A program made the translations under genes and the position numbers. A DNA stretch of 64,000 nt from Monocercomonoides exilis PA203 (lineage: Eukaryota; Protista; Preaxostyla): contig LSRY02000015.1 of the NCBI GenBank assembly GCA_001643675.2, forward strand, positions 1,612,001-1,676,000, given 5' to 3'. Position 1 is the first letter of the stretch, and every line of letters starts with the position of its first letter. The notes under the pieces are model-generated. The model saw only the letters and a program-made list of their open reading frames with translations. It had not been told where the DNA came from and searched no databases. Positions 21,901 to 32,548 of this stretch are shown piece after piece.

Positions 21901-24674
21901 AAGTTGCGTTTCCAGTTGATGGACTCGATCTCTCTCCATCTGTTTTGTTTACGTCGCAAGTGGCTCGTCTCATCCGCTCAGAGTTGAAAAGATCAAAAGT
22001 GACTGAAAAGGAGTTCGCCTCACATTCTTTGCTGAATGAACTGTTTGACACAACGGAACAGATGAAGTTGAACGATGCGATGTTGCATTTATCTGACCAG
22101 TCAGCACTCGATCATGCGCTTTCAGATTCTTCATTGCCAACTGCAAGTCTTGTCGATCGAATAAGAGAGCAGTTTTTGTATGACCTTGTTGGAATTGTGG
22201 CTTATGCAGATAAAACAGCCGCTGATCGCTTTGTGTCATACATCCGGTGCAGCGTCACAACAAAGCAGAAGACGCTTCTTGACTCACAAGACAGTCAAGC
22301 AGAAGAGCAAGCACAGAGCTCGTCCTCAAACATGTCAAATGCCGAATCAGATAGAAATGGCAGTGTGGATGAAGAAACATCAAGCGGATCTTCAACAGCC
22401 AACATATCTCCTTCTTCGATTCTCAGACAGAAAAAGCATAAACATCGTCATCGCCTTCATAGTCGACAGGGGCATCAGCGATTCCTGAGAAAGAAACGAA
22501 TAATGCTACCTGCAAATCATTATTCGCCATCTTTCAATCGGATGCTGGAATTGTCTCAGACTGACAATTGTCAGATGAAACGACCAAAAACACAAATTTT
22601 TGACGAAGAGGCAAAAGAAAACAGCAGAGCCGAGATGGATGAAGCAGATCTGTCAAAATTGACACCAAAACAATCTTATTTAGCATCTGAAAATGGCCAG
22701 TCAAGAACACAATCATCATCATCTTCTCCTTATTCAAGTGAAGCGACACTTTGGTTCCGCATATCTGATGAATCGATAACTGTTGTTCCATTTAACAGTA
22801 TTCCCAGATCGCTTGTTGTGATGCTCTTTTACACAAAGCGTCAGATTCCGTTTGAGTGGATTCCACACGACAAAGAAGTTGAAGAGCCAAAAAAGGAAGA
22901 CGAAGAAATGAAGATTTCTGAAAGATCAAATCTCTTCACAGATGAACACTTGAAAGTGGATGCAAAAGATATTTTGAATACTCGAAAAGAAGGCATTATA
23001 GAAAAAGTTAAAGCACCTCCTTCCTCATCTGATTTGGAATCATCATATGAATCAAATTCCACAACTTTAAAACCAGAATTACTGAAAGATACAACACAAC
23101 GATCACAAACAGCAAAACAAAATGAAAATGGATCAAAAGAAAGCGAAGTGGTTCTGTTTGGAAAGCCTTCATCATCTCCCTCTGATGAAACTGAAAATGC
23201 TCCTTCGTCTCCAAAATCTTCAATGAAAACAAGTTCCTCATCGTTTGATGGTGCAACTTCACAACATCCATCGTCTCCTGCCTTGCTTCCTTCGTCAAAT
23301 AGCAATTCTCCAACAATTTCATCACACGCCACTGTTGTGAAACCAATTCCAAAGTTTCGCTATTCTTCTGACATCGATCAAATGGGGAAGAATGACGATG
23401 CGTCGAACTCAATCGATGAAGCGGAAGGGAAAATAGCAAAGGATTTTAATGAAGAAGCCGATCTATCTCATTTCGAAAAGAAAAAGCAATTGATTAACAA
23501 AGAGCAGCAAGAACAAGAACCAGATGTGACACTTATTGATCCTGCAAATATTTCTGCTTCTTCATCGCTTGTCTCATCTAATCCTTCTGAAAGCTCTTTC
23601 ACTCACCACGATTCGGATTCCGTTTTTCGGAGGAGCAGATCGTCTTCTGCTTCGATTCAACCTGCTTCTCCTCTTCATTCATCATCAAGCTCATCTTCAT
23701 CGGATGCTATTCAATCACCTTTGTCTCCATCTAATTCGTCTTCAGTGAAAGAAAGCAAGCAGAATGAGGAGTCTGACGATGATAACCTGTTCGATTCATC
23801 ACCAGATCCTTTTTCTTCGTCTTCTGAAGAAGAAGATAATACAAAAGACAATGCAGACAATGAAGAAGACGAGGACTCGCTTGATAGCATTAACGAATAT
23901 GGCGATGAGGGAATTGTGAAAGAGAGAGCAAACATGCGTTCATCAAAGGCGCAACCATCGCACAAGACTCAAACCAGAAACCGATCGAGAACTTCGCGAA
24001 GCGAATCACCGCTTGCGGCACAGCCAGCCCAACAAACGACCCTTTCGTCTGTTGTGCAGACATTCTCGCGCAGCACACGATACTCCAAGTCTCCTCAGCT
24101 GCAGTCGCTTGCATCGCTCACACAGCGCATTGTGTCTGCTCAGCAGCAGAATCCAGTTGGAAGTGCCTCTCTTGCTGCGATTGGGCTGCGCAGCAAGCAG
24201 GCAGGCGGAGAGAGGTCGGAGAAAAGGAAGAAGAAAACACGAGAGAGGAACAGAAACATTGTTAATTCACCGATCCGCTCACAAGCAGAATCGAGAATTC
24301 GGATGTCTTTGACAAAGCCTCCTTCGATGGAGGTGACTGAATTTTCTCTTCCTGCTGTTGCACAGCCTATCTCTTCCATTTCTCCAGGCGTTGGCTCATT
24401 GACAGCTCGTTCACCTTCATCACAACAGATGCCTGACACAGCACATTCTCCTGTTTCTTCAGCTTCTTCTTCTATTCTTAATTCTCCTTATTCAACGTTT
24501 TCACGCCGCCAGCGTTCGTCTCTTTTCTCCTCATCTGCATTTGCTTTGGGACAAGCACGAATCTCCTCTTTCCAACAGCCGAATCGCTATTCACAAACAT
24601 CTGCAGCTGCCTCAATATCACCTACGCCAAAACAGCAAACCAACATTTTGCCCAATAAAAGGCGAACACAGTGA
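15990..24674 (+). CDS. ZnF-UBP + USP (peptidase C19) protein, USP22/Ubp8-like, predicted catalytically inactive, with very large low-complexity insertions (2,894 aa)
   Basis: N-terminal CHSC...CLECVFVGC...H....HC....GRIACVHC zinc finger. USP boxes in order: GIRRLVGPSNKSSSNSVLQCIL, CSVCELERL, CFVHQLFGG......CGQCG, LQLALP, DLSECLSAF, KCPSC, PNVLVINLNR, VAFPVDGLDLSP, YDLVGIVAY......RFVSYIR, WFRISDESIT, MLFYTKR. First ATG at 15990. Confidence 0.85.
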   Translation: MSIPKLTCHSCNLTCSDPYMCLECVFVGCVKPCVGSHYKEKRHCLFFSFRTGRIACVHCKCMILNGLVSPFSFPRNNVIFQPMWTISPSFLKLHTTPLPLHNFFPGIRRLVGPSNKSSSNSVLQCILSIPLLRRLFLSSSSLLHIPRHLPPSKPCSVCELERLLCECHQDYGFSESVLRQEEGNESFDLRQKKGKENETNDNLTLNQSKNEQEEHTSQASTNANETGGENELRQVANKKNQQSSPKASSSAKSTRANSNLTLHHHQHRMPIDPSRLLSIVLEKCPSFDSSKDIQPNMFFLLLLNSLHLHAPPTTQAPKDELESSGIAENDKKKDDGDSLLQELEKEDLEKDKLFQQSSSTKTTQSDPKCLTSQHDPFDSLLPSQCGCFVHQLFGGSVATSTVCGQCGHIDLSVKSVCELQLALPTASELRKRRRRKEAQEKADNHRGIFHLHSDGKGFGDIDSNAFSIRSMQKNKSASIVPSDRPFGLLSSFEQDDPMAMMDYPLSDISSSSSMTPSSPFSLAASALSSSVTSIDRSSAAHLNSTSSVISPTSHALSSPSPLSPTSSPSSSSSSSSSSHTAFSPSSLILPSAVSSSHSESSVFLPSPSSFSVMRDRRSFESDGSIASGQAGFAFTPPMNTVLNQPTSYQKSLFDDKDTSLFGALEQDMLEEQQQILNADKLEKGNFDKQTRSVKRSHSYLLNQRKTKSEGKMGNAMKEGNEMALSGIDSDNESFIHSGENAASNLEEQGNMEIGNEDMIEDFEGGEGIGNDGGDEGAVGMFVQNDVESHLHSLHSLHSLHSLHSLPLDRISELNLNGQLGLPMLFDGLEGMEHNEVLREDGIKSNIADAADAGANGEMSVSVNAAENNTHMADIQIDLTEAMPAQLRETEETEETTHSTTAASNSLFTSAEDAMQMPLIPHISETGEQSNEENDANVNRRLLRSYNFDEQRPNSRKGMNDGQLFSAEDAEEAEEEAENDSDTMLSPFARRTGLPGGAPQSTSTATIASHNEGDRQMSEATDESDDDFLESDEELSEEHANIGDGGRTHVDAHGEEEEQEEEDEEEEEEEEDESEGEEEEDEEEQETGSADDENYASSEEEEEEEEEKESDYESEEEEEEEEEEEEEEYRESEDDKMMGHHHHKGMKNNLGNFRNVRALQSPTSLKGITEIASSSKEEYGLNLFGQGKEPSDESPFVVHKRLTPADDEVKKEKTPNGSSLFPQSEESASRTGGEPPSVLNASANVMQSDSKAGSEQDLSAKQQSNQSSSTASAAEQSQSPTTELFYPTPTFSSATISSSADSTQSLKLELVPYSPSPSIMPSKLMSNAADQQNANGYMTQQSTSSNVQQLSASSAHSVAPDQFSDQKKYATPSMPKGTSFSSQDATSPPDLLSPSTENSIPSLSASSFSRPTTSLSYSSSEMYLQNSFTSPSLQSSPALVPSSLAFSDAGTEKKASSHSILFKNYHNRTAPFKSSTNLAESFHFSSFYDFYSAFFKNPNDSSSYSSSLNTSSSSHDSLSSFSVASADAVNGMYRKHRHTNSVDLSECLSAFCNCQSECADNNSGGSTHSIANANSAFSDSSHSEAKLAEHKCPSCLSAKLTTQKTLFLQVPNVLVINLNREKKKRAKKRKSRKASDSYDSSSEMRSEELADEESSLNEEEDGEEEEEEEEEEEEKDENEISESVSNDNALYDHQKAQQGQSTKSYFPSDLSSTSASSILSHHAANSDDGSSTEASVKQETFDIQFTDPTTPPPSYHIPHHEDAAYSALFAAQTANFDTNQYFSSISTLPSLSKIQLMKNNIRKKQQGHPLSVSQMLSLSNDQFAFQTVCKSDEMKEQMDYPFDSSINGHFHLPNDTNGDLPSPLNVKNLPSNINLSSNSHFQLFQIQVDGEVGRATPKIVSFNDSGFFGENRGPSSFSSSTTFDSKHSQKPSPDGKASINSSSSLSSKIEPDITGLISTPENLPKHDINTIEVAFPVDGLDLSPSVLFTSQVARLIRSELKRSKVTEKEFASHSLLNELFDTTEQMKLNDAMLHLSDQSALDHALSDSSLPTASLVDRIREQFLYDLVGIVAYADKTAADRFVSYIRCSVTTKQKTLLDSQDSQAEEQAQSSSSNMSNAESDRNGSVDEETSSGSSTANISPSSILRQKKHKHRHRLHSRQGHQRFLRKKRIMLPANHYSPSFNRMLELSQTDNCQMKRPKTQIFDEEAKENSRAEMDEADLSKLTPKQSYLASENGQSRTQSSSSSPYSSEATLWFRISDESITVVPFNSIPRSLVVMLFYTKRQIPFEWIPHDKEVEEPKKEDEEMKISERSNLFTDEHLKVDAKDILNTRKEGIIEKVKAPPSSSDLESSYESNSTTLKPELLKDTTQRSQTAKQNENGSKESEVVLFGKPSSSPSDETENAPSSPKSSMKTSSSSFDGATSQHPSSPALLPSSNSNSPTISSHATVVKPIPKFRYSSDIDQMGKNDDASNSIDEAEGKIAKDFNEEADLSHFEKKKQLINKEQQEQEPDVTLIDPANISASSSLVSSNPSESSFTHHDSDSVFRRSRSSSASIQPASPLHSSSSSSSSDAIQSPLSPSNSSSVKESKQNEESDDDNLFDSSPDPFSSSSEEEDNTKDNADNEEDEDSLDSINEYGDEGIVKERANMRSSKAQPSHKTQTRNRSRTSRSESPLAAQPAQQTTLSSVVQTFSRSTRYSKSPQLQSLASLTQRIVSAQQQNPVGSASLAAIGLRSKQAGGERSEKRKKKTRERNRNIVNSPIRSQAESRIRMSLTKPPSMEVTEFSLPAVAQPISSISPGVGSLTARSPSSQQMPDTAHSPVSSASSSILNSPYSTFSRRQRSSLFSSSAFALGQARISSFQQPNRYSQTSAAASISPTPKQQTNILPNKRRTQ
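19148..19370 (+). repeat. GAA/GAG-rich tract encoding poly-Glu runs within the USP gene
   Basis: Runs of gaa/gag codons; a second tract lies at ~20955-21010 and a 9-bp (HSL)x5 repeat at ~18360-18405. Confidence 0.85.
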
Positions 24675-24972
24675 AATTTGTTTCACTGTTGATTATTTTG
24701 TGTGTTTTGATATAATTTTAGAGGATCTTTGATTTTTTAATTTTTCTTTTCATTTCATCACTTCATTACTTGTTCTTTTTTCATATAAATGTTGTTTCGC
24801 ATTTTTTTTTTCGTTGCAATTGTTGATGATTAGATATTCAATACTTATTTAAAGATTGAATTTGAAGATTCAATTTGTTACATTGTAAAAAAAAAAAAAA
24901 AAACAAAAAATGAAAATGAAATGATAAAAACAGAAATAAAGTGAAATGAAAGAAATACAATATTAACTAAAT

Positions 24973-27900
24973 TTAAATATCAAAAAACGAGTTTATATCT
25001 TGAGATGACGATGTTGCCTGCTCATGAGAAGGTGAAGATGAAGGTGAAGTTGTTCCCACAACCATATCGTCATCTGCAAACTGAGCAGCAGAATGATTGG
25101 GATTTGTGGAATTTGAAGTGTTGTGAATTGGAGTAACATCAGTGAGAAGAGTGAAAGATGAAGATTTATCCATTTTATCTGTTGAAAGCGAAATTGGCGA
25201 TTGTTGAGGATCTTCTTCGGTTGTATTGTGTTGTTCGTTTCCTTGTTCATTGCTGATATTTTCATCAAACTGAATTGGTGTAACTGGGTTTTCCTCTGAA
25301 GGATTCTGCTTTGAGGAAGATGAAGCAGAATCAGAAGAAATTTTTGTTTCCTGATGTGTTTGAATATCTTTTTTGATATGTTTTGGAATTGTTGGTGCAA
25401 TTTTCCTGGCTGCTTTTGCAGAAAGAAGGGGAAATGTTCTTCGTCCAGCTGATATTCATCAGAATGCAGAATTGAATGAAGTTGTTCATAAATTTAATAA
25501 AATATTCAAACAGAAAAAAGATAAATTTTTTTTGAAAATGAATTTGCTATCAATATGCCCACAAAAAGGAACTTGAAGAAAAACAGAGAAATAAACAATG
25601 AATAATATTCATTCTTTCATTTGCCAATGACAATTTCCTCTCAAAAAAAAAAAAAAAAATAATGCAAATTATTCACACCTCCCTCTTTATCAATTGGATT
25701 ATTCGAAGGATGACGCTTTTTCGAAACATAATTACGAGAAGAAAAGCCAACAACAGACAATGGAGGAAAAGATGAGGCCGAAGCTGATGAGTGCGAATTT
25801 GAGCTGGACATTCTATCTTTGAATGACTTTTTAGAAAACTTTTGTTGGCAATTAGCTTTTTGAACTCGAAACTCAGACACTTTATCTTTATGTGTCTTGA
25901 TGCCTGCTTTATTAATTTGTGGAACAAATCTCAGCGAATTCTCAGGTGCATGTGTGCCAGATGCATCAGGGACTAAGTCAAGAACAACTTCATTTTCCGA
26001 CAAGTCATCAAAGGTTGAATGTTCAGTATTTGCGAGATGACTCTGCAATGATAAAGGCTGCATTTCTTCGCATTGCCTTTCCATCTTCAGTTTCATCATC
26101 CGCTCGTCCATTTCATCGCACAACGAAGACAAGCGCTGTATTTTTGCCTTTTCTCTTTCGGTCTCTTGCTGAATAAGCAGTTTCTTTCTTTCCATTTCTT
26201 CTTTTCTCTCTTTTTCTGCCAAATAGCAAACCCCAAAAAGTTCTCGTTCCTTCATTTTCCAATCAACTTCATTTGATTTACTGCAGCTTTGAGGATTATT
26301 TGTCTTCGCTTTCGCAAGAGACAAATTTATCATCGGCTTTTCTGCGGTCGCCTCCACTTTCTTTTTCATCTGCCACGACGGAATTCGATACAGCGCAGCT
26401 CGTTTCTTTGTCTCCCTGTCAATCTCTTCTTGGTATTGCTCTTCTTTTTGTCTTCTTTTCTCTTCTTCTTCTTTCAGATGCTGCAGAAGCTCCTGCTTTT
26501 TCTTGATTTTCGAAGAACGGGCTGTCTTGATTCCCATTCTGTCTGCAAACGATTTTTTGTTTTCTTCTTCTTTTCGTTTCCTCTCTTCTTCTTTCTTCTT
26601 CTCGTCTTCTTCTTGCCTTTTGAGCTCTTCTTTCCTTTTCTGTTCTTCTTGCTTTTTCCGTTTCGCAGCTTCACGCTTCCACAAAGGGATTGAATTTTCT
26701 TTTTCCACATTCTTTTTCTTGCTTTGCTTTTCCTCCACTATTCTGTCCATTTCTTTTGCTATTTCCGCTCTCAAAAGTTCTTCGCTTGTCAGAAATTGCT
26801 CAAAATTGGCTTCAATGCTGTTGATGTCTTGTTTTTTCTCGTCATTTTGCTCTGATGGTGCGTTCTCAGAATCTTTGCAATATTTTGGATCGATTTCCAA
26901 ATCATTAAATGCCTTTGTCGTTGACATAATTGCATTCTTGTTATTCGTTGCACCTATTTTCACACAATTTTTTTGTTCTTTCAGTTCGGAGTTCTGCTCA
27001 TATGGTTGAGTAATATCTTCGTTATCCTGCACATAATCATCATTTTGTTCATCGAAGACATCTTCAAAGGTATTCTGGACTTGATGCAAAGACACAGCTG
27101 CAACTCCACAATCTTTGTCAAAGATGCCTAACAAATCATTCTGAAAGTTCAAATTGTTGTGAGATAAAGAAGAACAGATGTCTGGCGCATGCTTATGTCC
27201 AAACCCAAAACACGGAGAATTATGATGAGGCAAAGCTGTGGGCGATTTCAAAAATGGATCTCGTTTGTGTTGAAGCGCAGGTGATAGAGCAATTTTTTCT
27301 GATTGAATCTCATTTCTTTCAAGTGGTTCATTTTCATCGTTAATACAATCAGGCGCATCATCAACAAGTAAAAGATCTTCGGAAAATGGAGGATTCGACG
27401 AAAATGGAAAAGGTTTTTCAAAATGTCCGAGTTTAGAGGAAGAAGGTTGAAATGTTAATGAAGTTGATCGAGTAGATAATGCATCAGTTTCACGTGTCTG
27501 TCCAACTGGCCATTGTTTGAATCGAGTGGAAGCAGCATCCAATGCAAACAAAAGCTGTTCCTGGTGGCTTGCTTTTAGATGGCGAACTTGCCTTTGAGAC
27601 GGCTTCAGCACAATGAATGGAGAAAGATGAGTGGATGGTATCCGATTCGTGTTTTCTGTTTTAACTGAAAAACTGTCTGTTGTGAGATTTGAAGAAGGAT
27701 TTCCAATAATTGAATCTGCAATATAAGAAGAAGAAATATTATACTCAAATTTCTGAGTATCTGAATGGTAATCTTCATTTCCAATTTTCTTTCGTGCAAC
27801 ACATTTTGATGTGTGATCAACTTCTGTTGAATCAGCATTTGAATAATTTTCTTCTTTGGCATTCAAAATAGCATCATATGGTCTTGTAGCAACTTTATCG

Positions 27901-29013
27901 TCCAAAGAAGAAGACCTTTTAATTTTCAGGCAATGAATTTTCGGTGGCTTAGTTGGAGAAGATCGGCTTTCCGTTAAATTTGGATCGAATAGCCATTTAT
28001 CCTTATCCAATCCGCAACGCGGTGATACAATTACTGGGGTTAAGCATCCTCTGTTTATTACTTCTTCATCATTCTTTTTTCTTTCATACCTATCGCTTTC
28101 TGAACTTCTGTTAAAGCAAACGGGTCTTTCAGATTTGCATGTATTTTTTTGTTGTTCGGGCTTCTGTTTCTCCTTTGGGACTTTCATTTTTCCATCTTTT
28201 TGCTTCAAAGATTCATTTTGGAAAAGCTGCGAAATTTCATTTCTTGATCTGCCAACTTTATTGGACTTTGAAGACTTCTCTTCTGACTTTAATTGTTTGA
28301 TGCTTTTCACGTCTGAATTCTTTGCGTGTTTTACATCATATACTTTTTCTTCTTCCTTTCTTGAGATATCCTCATTTTTTTTCTTCCTCTTATTTTGAAT
28401 AATTTCTCCTTCAGTTTTTTCTTCTTCATTACTATCCTCTTTCCTACATTCTTCGAAATGACACATTTTATCGTCTGTTTTATCTTTCGCATTGCTTTCA
28501 GGCAAACAGAAATTTTCAAAATCTTTAACTGAATTATTTTCATCTTCATGCCTTTGAAAATCGGCAGCGTTTCCACTTTTATAAAAACTTTCAAGTTGAG
28601 GATCCGTTTTTGTGTTTACAGGTCTGTGAAATAAATCATTTTCACTTTGAGTTATTATTTCATCATAATTTGTTTGAGTTTCTTTCTCGGAATTCCTTAT
28701 AAGATTCATTCTGTTTAAGAGTTTTTCCAAATTTTTCTCAAGCTCCTTTCCTCTGCTTTGTTCGTAAAGTTTTGAAGGAATATGAACAAGCCTAAATTTT
28801 CATTGAAAAATGTTTAACAATTTTCTTGAAAAAATGCACATAATAAAAATAACAAAACATTGACTCTGACTTCATTAATCAAATATAAATTTCAATTACA
28901 ATAAAATAATTTCCAAAACGAAAATAATTCAACAACAATATTAATAACAGAATAGCAAACAGTTGGTGGGAAATAATAGCATTCTCCTTGTTTATTGTCA
29001 ATACCATCATCAT
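24973..29013 (-). CDS. Multi-exon hypothetical protein (~1,200 aa) with charged E/K/R helix (single alpha-helix/coiled coil) and C-terminal H3-tail-like motif
   Basis: Main exon 28791-25679 (acceptor TTTAG; donor GTGTGA at 25678). Last exon 25448-24973 (acceptor ATCAG, phase 1, reads AGRRTFPLLSAKAARKIAP...MDKSS...FFDI*). Phase-compatible candidate first exon 29013-28961 with donor GTTTGC (less certain). Confidence 0.7.
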
Positions 29014-29457
29014 TTTCTATGTGTTGGAAATTCATATTTATTTGTTAAAAAAACAGTTTGAAAGGAGAAAAAGAGGTTTTAAAAAATAGTAATATAGTAT
29101 GGGTGGTTTCTCTTTTATGAAATGAAACACATTGTTGGAACAGAAAAATACAATGAAAAAATTAATGTTGTTGTTGACTCAAAAAACATGAATATATTTT
29201 CAATTTCAATGTGTGTTTAATATTACAAAAATTACTTGAATAAACATAAAAATATAAATATGTTGAATATAATAAAACAAAGATCACAATAAAAAATGTC
29301 ATATCCATATAATTATGAAAAGTCACATGAATCGTTTCTTATTCAAAATTGTCAAACCAATTATTCGAAATTGTTGAACTTCTAATTCGAAATTATAAAA
29401 AAATTGAGGTTATTATATAAATATATTTTTTGTGAAAAACTGGAACCATCGTTCAGA

Positions 29458-30499
29458 AACCCGGAAATTATTCAAAAACCGGGACTTTTTATTAAAATTC
29501 ATATATCTCGACAAGTTAAAAAAATTAAATTATGATAATTCACATTGTTACGCATCGATATAAAGCACATCTTACAATATCCAAATTTTTATTCATTGCG
29601 CTGTATTTATGAAGAAATAAATGATTTTGATTTTTGATAATCTGACTTTTAATAATTTTTTCTATTTCAACAAAATAATTCAGTTCATCTTTTATACATG
29701 TAACTTATTTTTTCTTTGTTGCAACCTGTTCTGGTTATTTCTCATTTTCTGCAATTTGCTCTTTCTGACGGAATGAAAATCTGTCATTTTCAAAAAATCA
29801 TAGTCAATGGGATAACTTAAAAAAATATTTTTTGCAAAACACAGAAACATCCAAGTAAATTTAACACATGCAATAATAAATATGACAGTTGTAAAAAATT
29901 ACTTCATTGTTGAAATTAAAAATAATTCCAAAATTATTTCAAAAATAAAAATTGTTATCATTATTGATGAATTTCATGATTATTTTCATTGAATTTACTA
30001 CCGAATTGTGTTTTTCAAAATGAAAATGGAATTATTTTTAATTTCAACAATGAAGTAATTTTTTACAACTGTCATATTTATTATTGCATGTGTTAAATTT
30101 ACTTGGATGTTTCTGTGTTTTGCAAAAAATATTTTTTTAAGTTATCCCATTGACTATGATTTTTTGAAAATGACAGATTTTCATTCCGTCAGAAAGAGCA
30201 AATTGCAGAAAATGAGAAATAACCAGAACAGGTTGCAACAAAGAAAAAATAAGTTACATGTATAAAAGATGAACTGAATTATTTTGTTGAAATAGAAAAA
30301 ATTATTAAAAGTCAGATTATCAAAAATCAAAATCATTTATTTCTTCATAAATACAGCGCAATGAATAAAAATTTGGATATTGTAAGATGTGCTTTATATC
30401 GATGCGTAACAATGTGAATTATCATAATTTAATTTTTTTAACTTGTCGAGATATATGAATTTTAATAAAAAGTCCCGGTTTTTGAATAATTTCCGGGTT
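29458..30499. repeat. Perfect long inverted repeat: 473-bp arms (29458-29930, 30027-30499) with a 96-bp spacer; foldback/MITE-like
   Basis: The arms read as exact reverse complements wherever checked by eye, and coordinate sums are identical at both ends (no net indel). The core CCCGGAAA...TTTCCGGG (29460-30497) is flanked by ttcagaaa / ttcagaac. Confidence 0.92.
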
Positions 30500-30634
30500 C
30501 AGAACAATGGTAAATGGTTAAAAGTCAAAATGTGATGAAAATATATCATTCAGTTGATATTTGTGAAAACTATGAGATAATATGCATCAATTTCCTTTAT
30601 TAATTAATGAATGTGATTATTATTTTCATTTGGG

Positions 30635-30670
<36 letters not shown>

Positions 30671-32548
30671 ATGTCATCGTATTTTTCCGTGTATTAATTT
30701 TTCAAAGATTGTCTGTCTTGAAGAAGAGATTTTGCATGTATATTGTTAAATTTTCACAACCGTTTAAATTACAAATGCTATTATTCATATTAAGAACAAG
30801 ATATGGCTGATTATTTATGTAATCATATTTTTTATTCGTTATTTTCGATTTTTTATAATTTCTTGAATATCAAATAAAGAACACAGAAAGGTGAATATTC
30901 TTATCCAACAAATATTTTTTTTATTTCAACTTGAAAATTTTGTTTTTGAAACAGTTGTTATGAATTTACCATTTGAATACAAAAACTCTTTTCAATAACA
31001 TACAATTTTTTGAGAAATCAACAAACAGAAAAAAGATGTGATTTCAACAATAATCGCACATTTATTCATATAAACAACAAAAACAACAACAAAAAAAATA
31101 GAAAAGAAAAAAAAGAAAAAAAAAGAAAAAGAAAAAAACAATTGAAGAATCAAGAATGTGCATTCATTGATTTATTTTATCGTGACAAATATTTGTATTC
31201 AGTTTGTCAAATTGATGCATATAACCTTTTTTGATTGTATTTTGAATTAACAAAAAAAAGAAAGGTGAAATTGTTTGAAAACAATTTTGTTTCCATATTG
31301 ATGATTTTCCCAAAAAAAGCGGATATATATATGTTTTTAAACAAATAATATTTATTTGGTTTATTTTTTCGTCCTTTTCGGAAATATTGAAAAGTTCCAA
31401 TATTTTAATCACTTAACAACACTATATCAATGAAAAACTTAACACAAAAAGTTTTAGTTCAAAAACTCATTTTCAAACTTCAACACAAATTAAAATCCTG
31501 AGCATTTTTATTTTCGTGAAAATTATTAATTCAGTTTTTTCTCTTCAAATATGAGAGAAGTCACTTTATGGGGTATGTCACTTTCTCGATCAAAAAATTT
31601 AGTTCTTCTCAATCTCCAACAGCTCCCAGTATTGTGCTTTCTGCTGAACAAGTGACGCTTGGAAGAAGGCCTGCAAGTTCCTTAAGCAATTTGCTTCCAT
31701 CGTTCTCGACTTTTTTATCAAATTTCGAGCAAATGTTTTAGTCCTCTGAATAAAATCAGGAAAGAAGGGAATCAATTGAAACCGACTTTGAAAATGAAGA
31801 AGAGAATACTGTTTCAACAGATGAAATTTTTCTTTCAATTTGTAAAGCTTGGCCAACTATGTAACTCTTTGATTACAAATTATCAGGATCTTGATTAGAA
31901 GAATATGCAACATTTTTAACGAGCTTTGTTTTTATCCCGTAATTGACAATAGCCAACCAGCAACAGTTGGATGACAGTTCTGGTGTCAAGACGTATTGGA
32001 AAAGGCAGATGATCAGATCAAAAGATATTATTTACCAGCTTACAAAGCAATATTATTTTCCATTCAGAACATGAAAATGAACAAAAATTTGGCTGGAGAA
32101 AGGACAAAAGATGCTTTGTTACTTCTGACTCAGGCAATGCTAGAAGCCAAAAGAGCTCGGATCCAAGTCCGTTATGTTTTTTCTACAACCTGACAGATGG
32201 AGGTGGAGACAGCGAGAGAAGTGTTAACAAAAATTCAACAATACATCTTTGAGGAGGTTCAAACAGAACAGAAATAAATACAAAAAGCATCAACTATCGC
32301 AAATTATCAGAGAACAGACAACTTTGGAAGATCGTCATTCAAAACAGCGCAGGCAAATGGCTGCAGCTGTATGTGGTTTTTTCGAAGGTGGCACCGGATT
32401 TAGCGAAGTCAACTCCCTTTTCGAAACTCCCAAAGAATGTCAGCGGAAGCTTGGAGCAAGGGAGTTTCAGGGCGTTCCGAGGGAGGAAAGAAATATTTAG
32501 GAGCACGCAGAAAATAATTGGAGGCAGAACTGCAATGTATTAACAGGA

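Noticed and set aside
15981-24674. Alternative genetic code (TAA/TAG = Gln, used by some oxymonads)
   Set aside because: Multi-kb AT-rich ORFs contain no in-frame TAA/TAG, genes end in TAG/TAA, and stops in the TEs include TGA and frameshifts.
29726-29787. Possible first exon (MTDFHSVRKSK...) inside the left IR arm, phase-compatible with the 28791 acceptor
   Set aside because: A nearer exon (29013-28961) with a better GTTTG donor and a shorter intron fits equally well; cannot be supported without transcripts.
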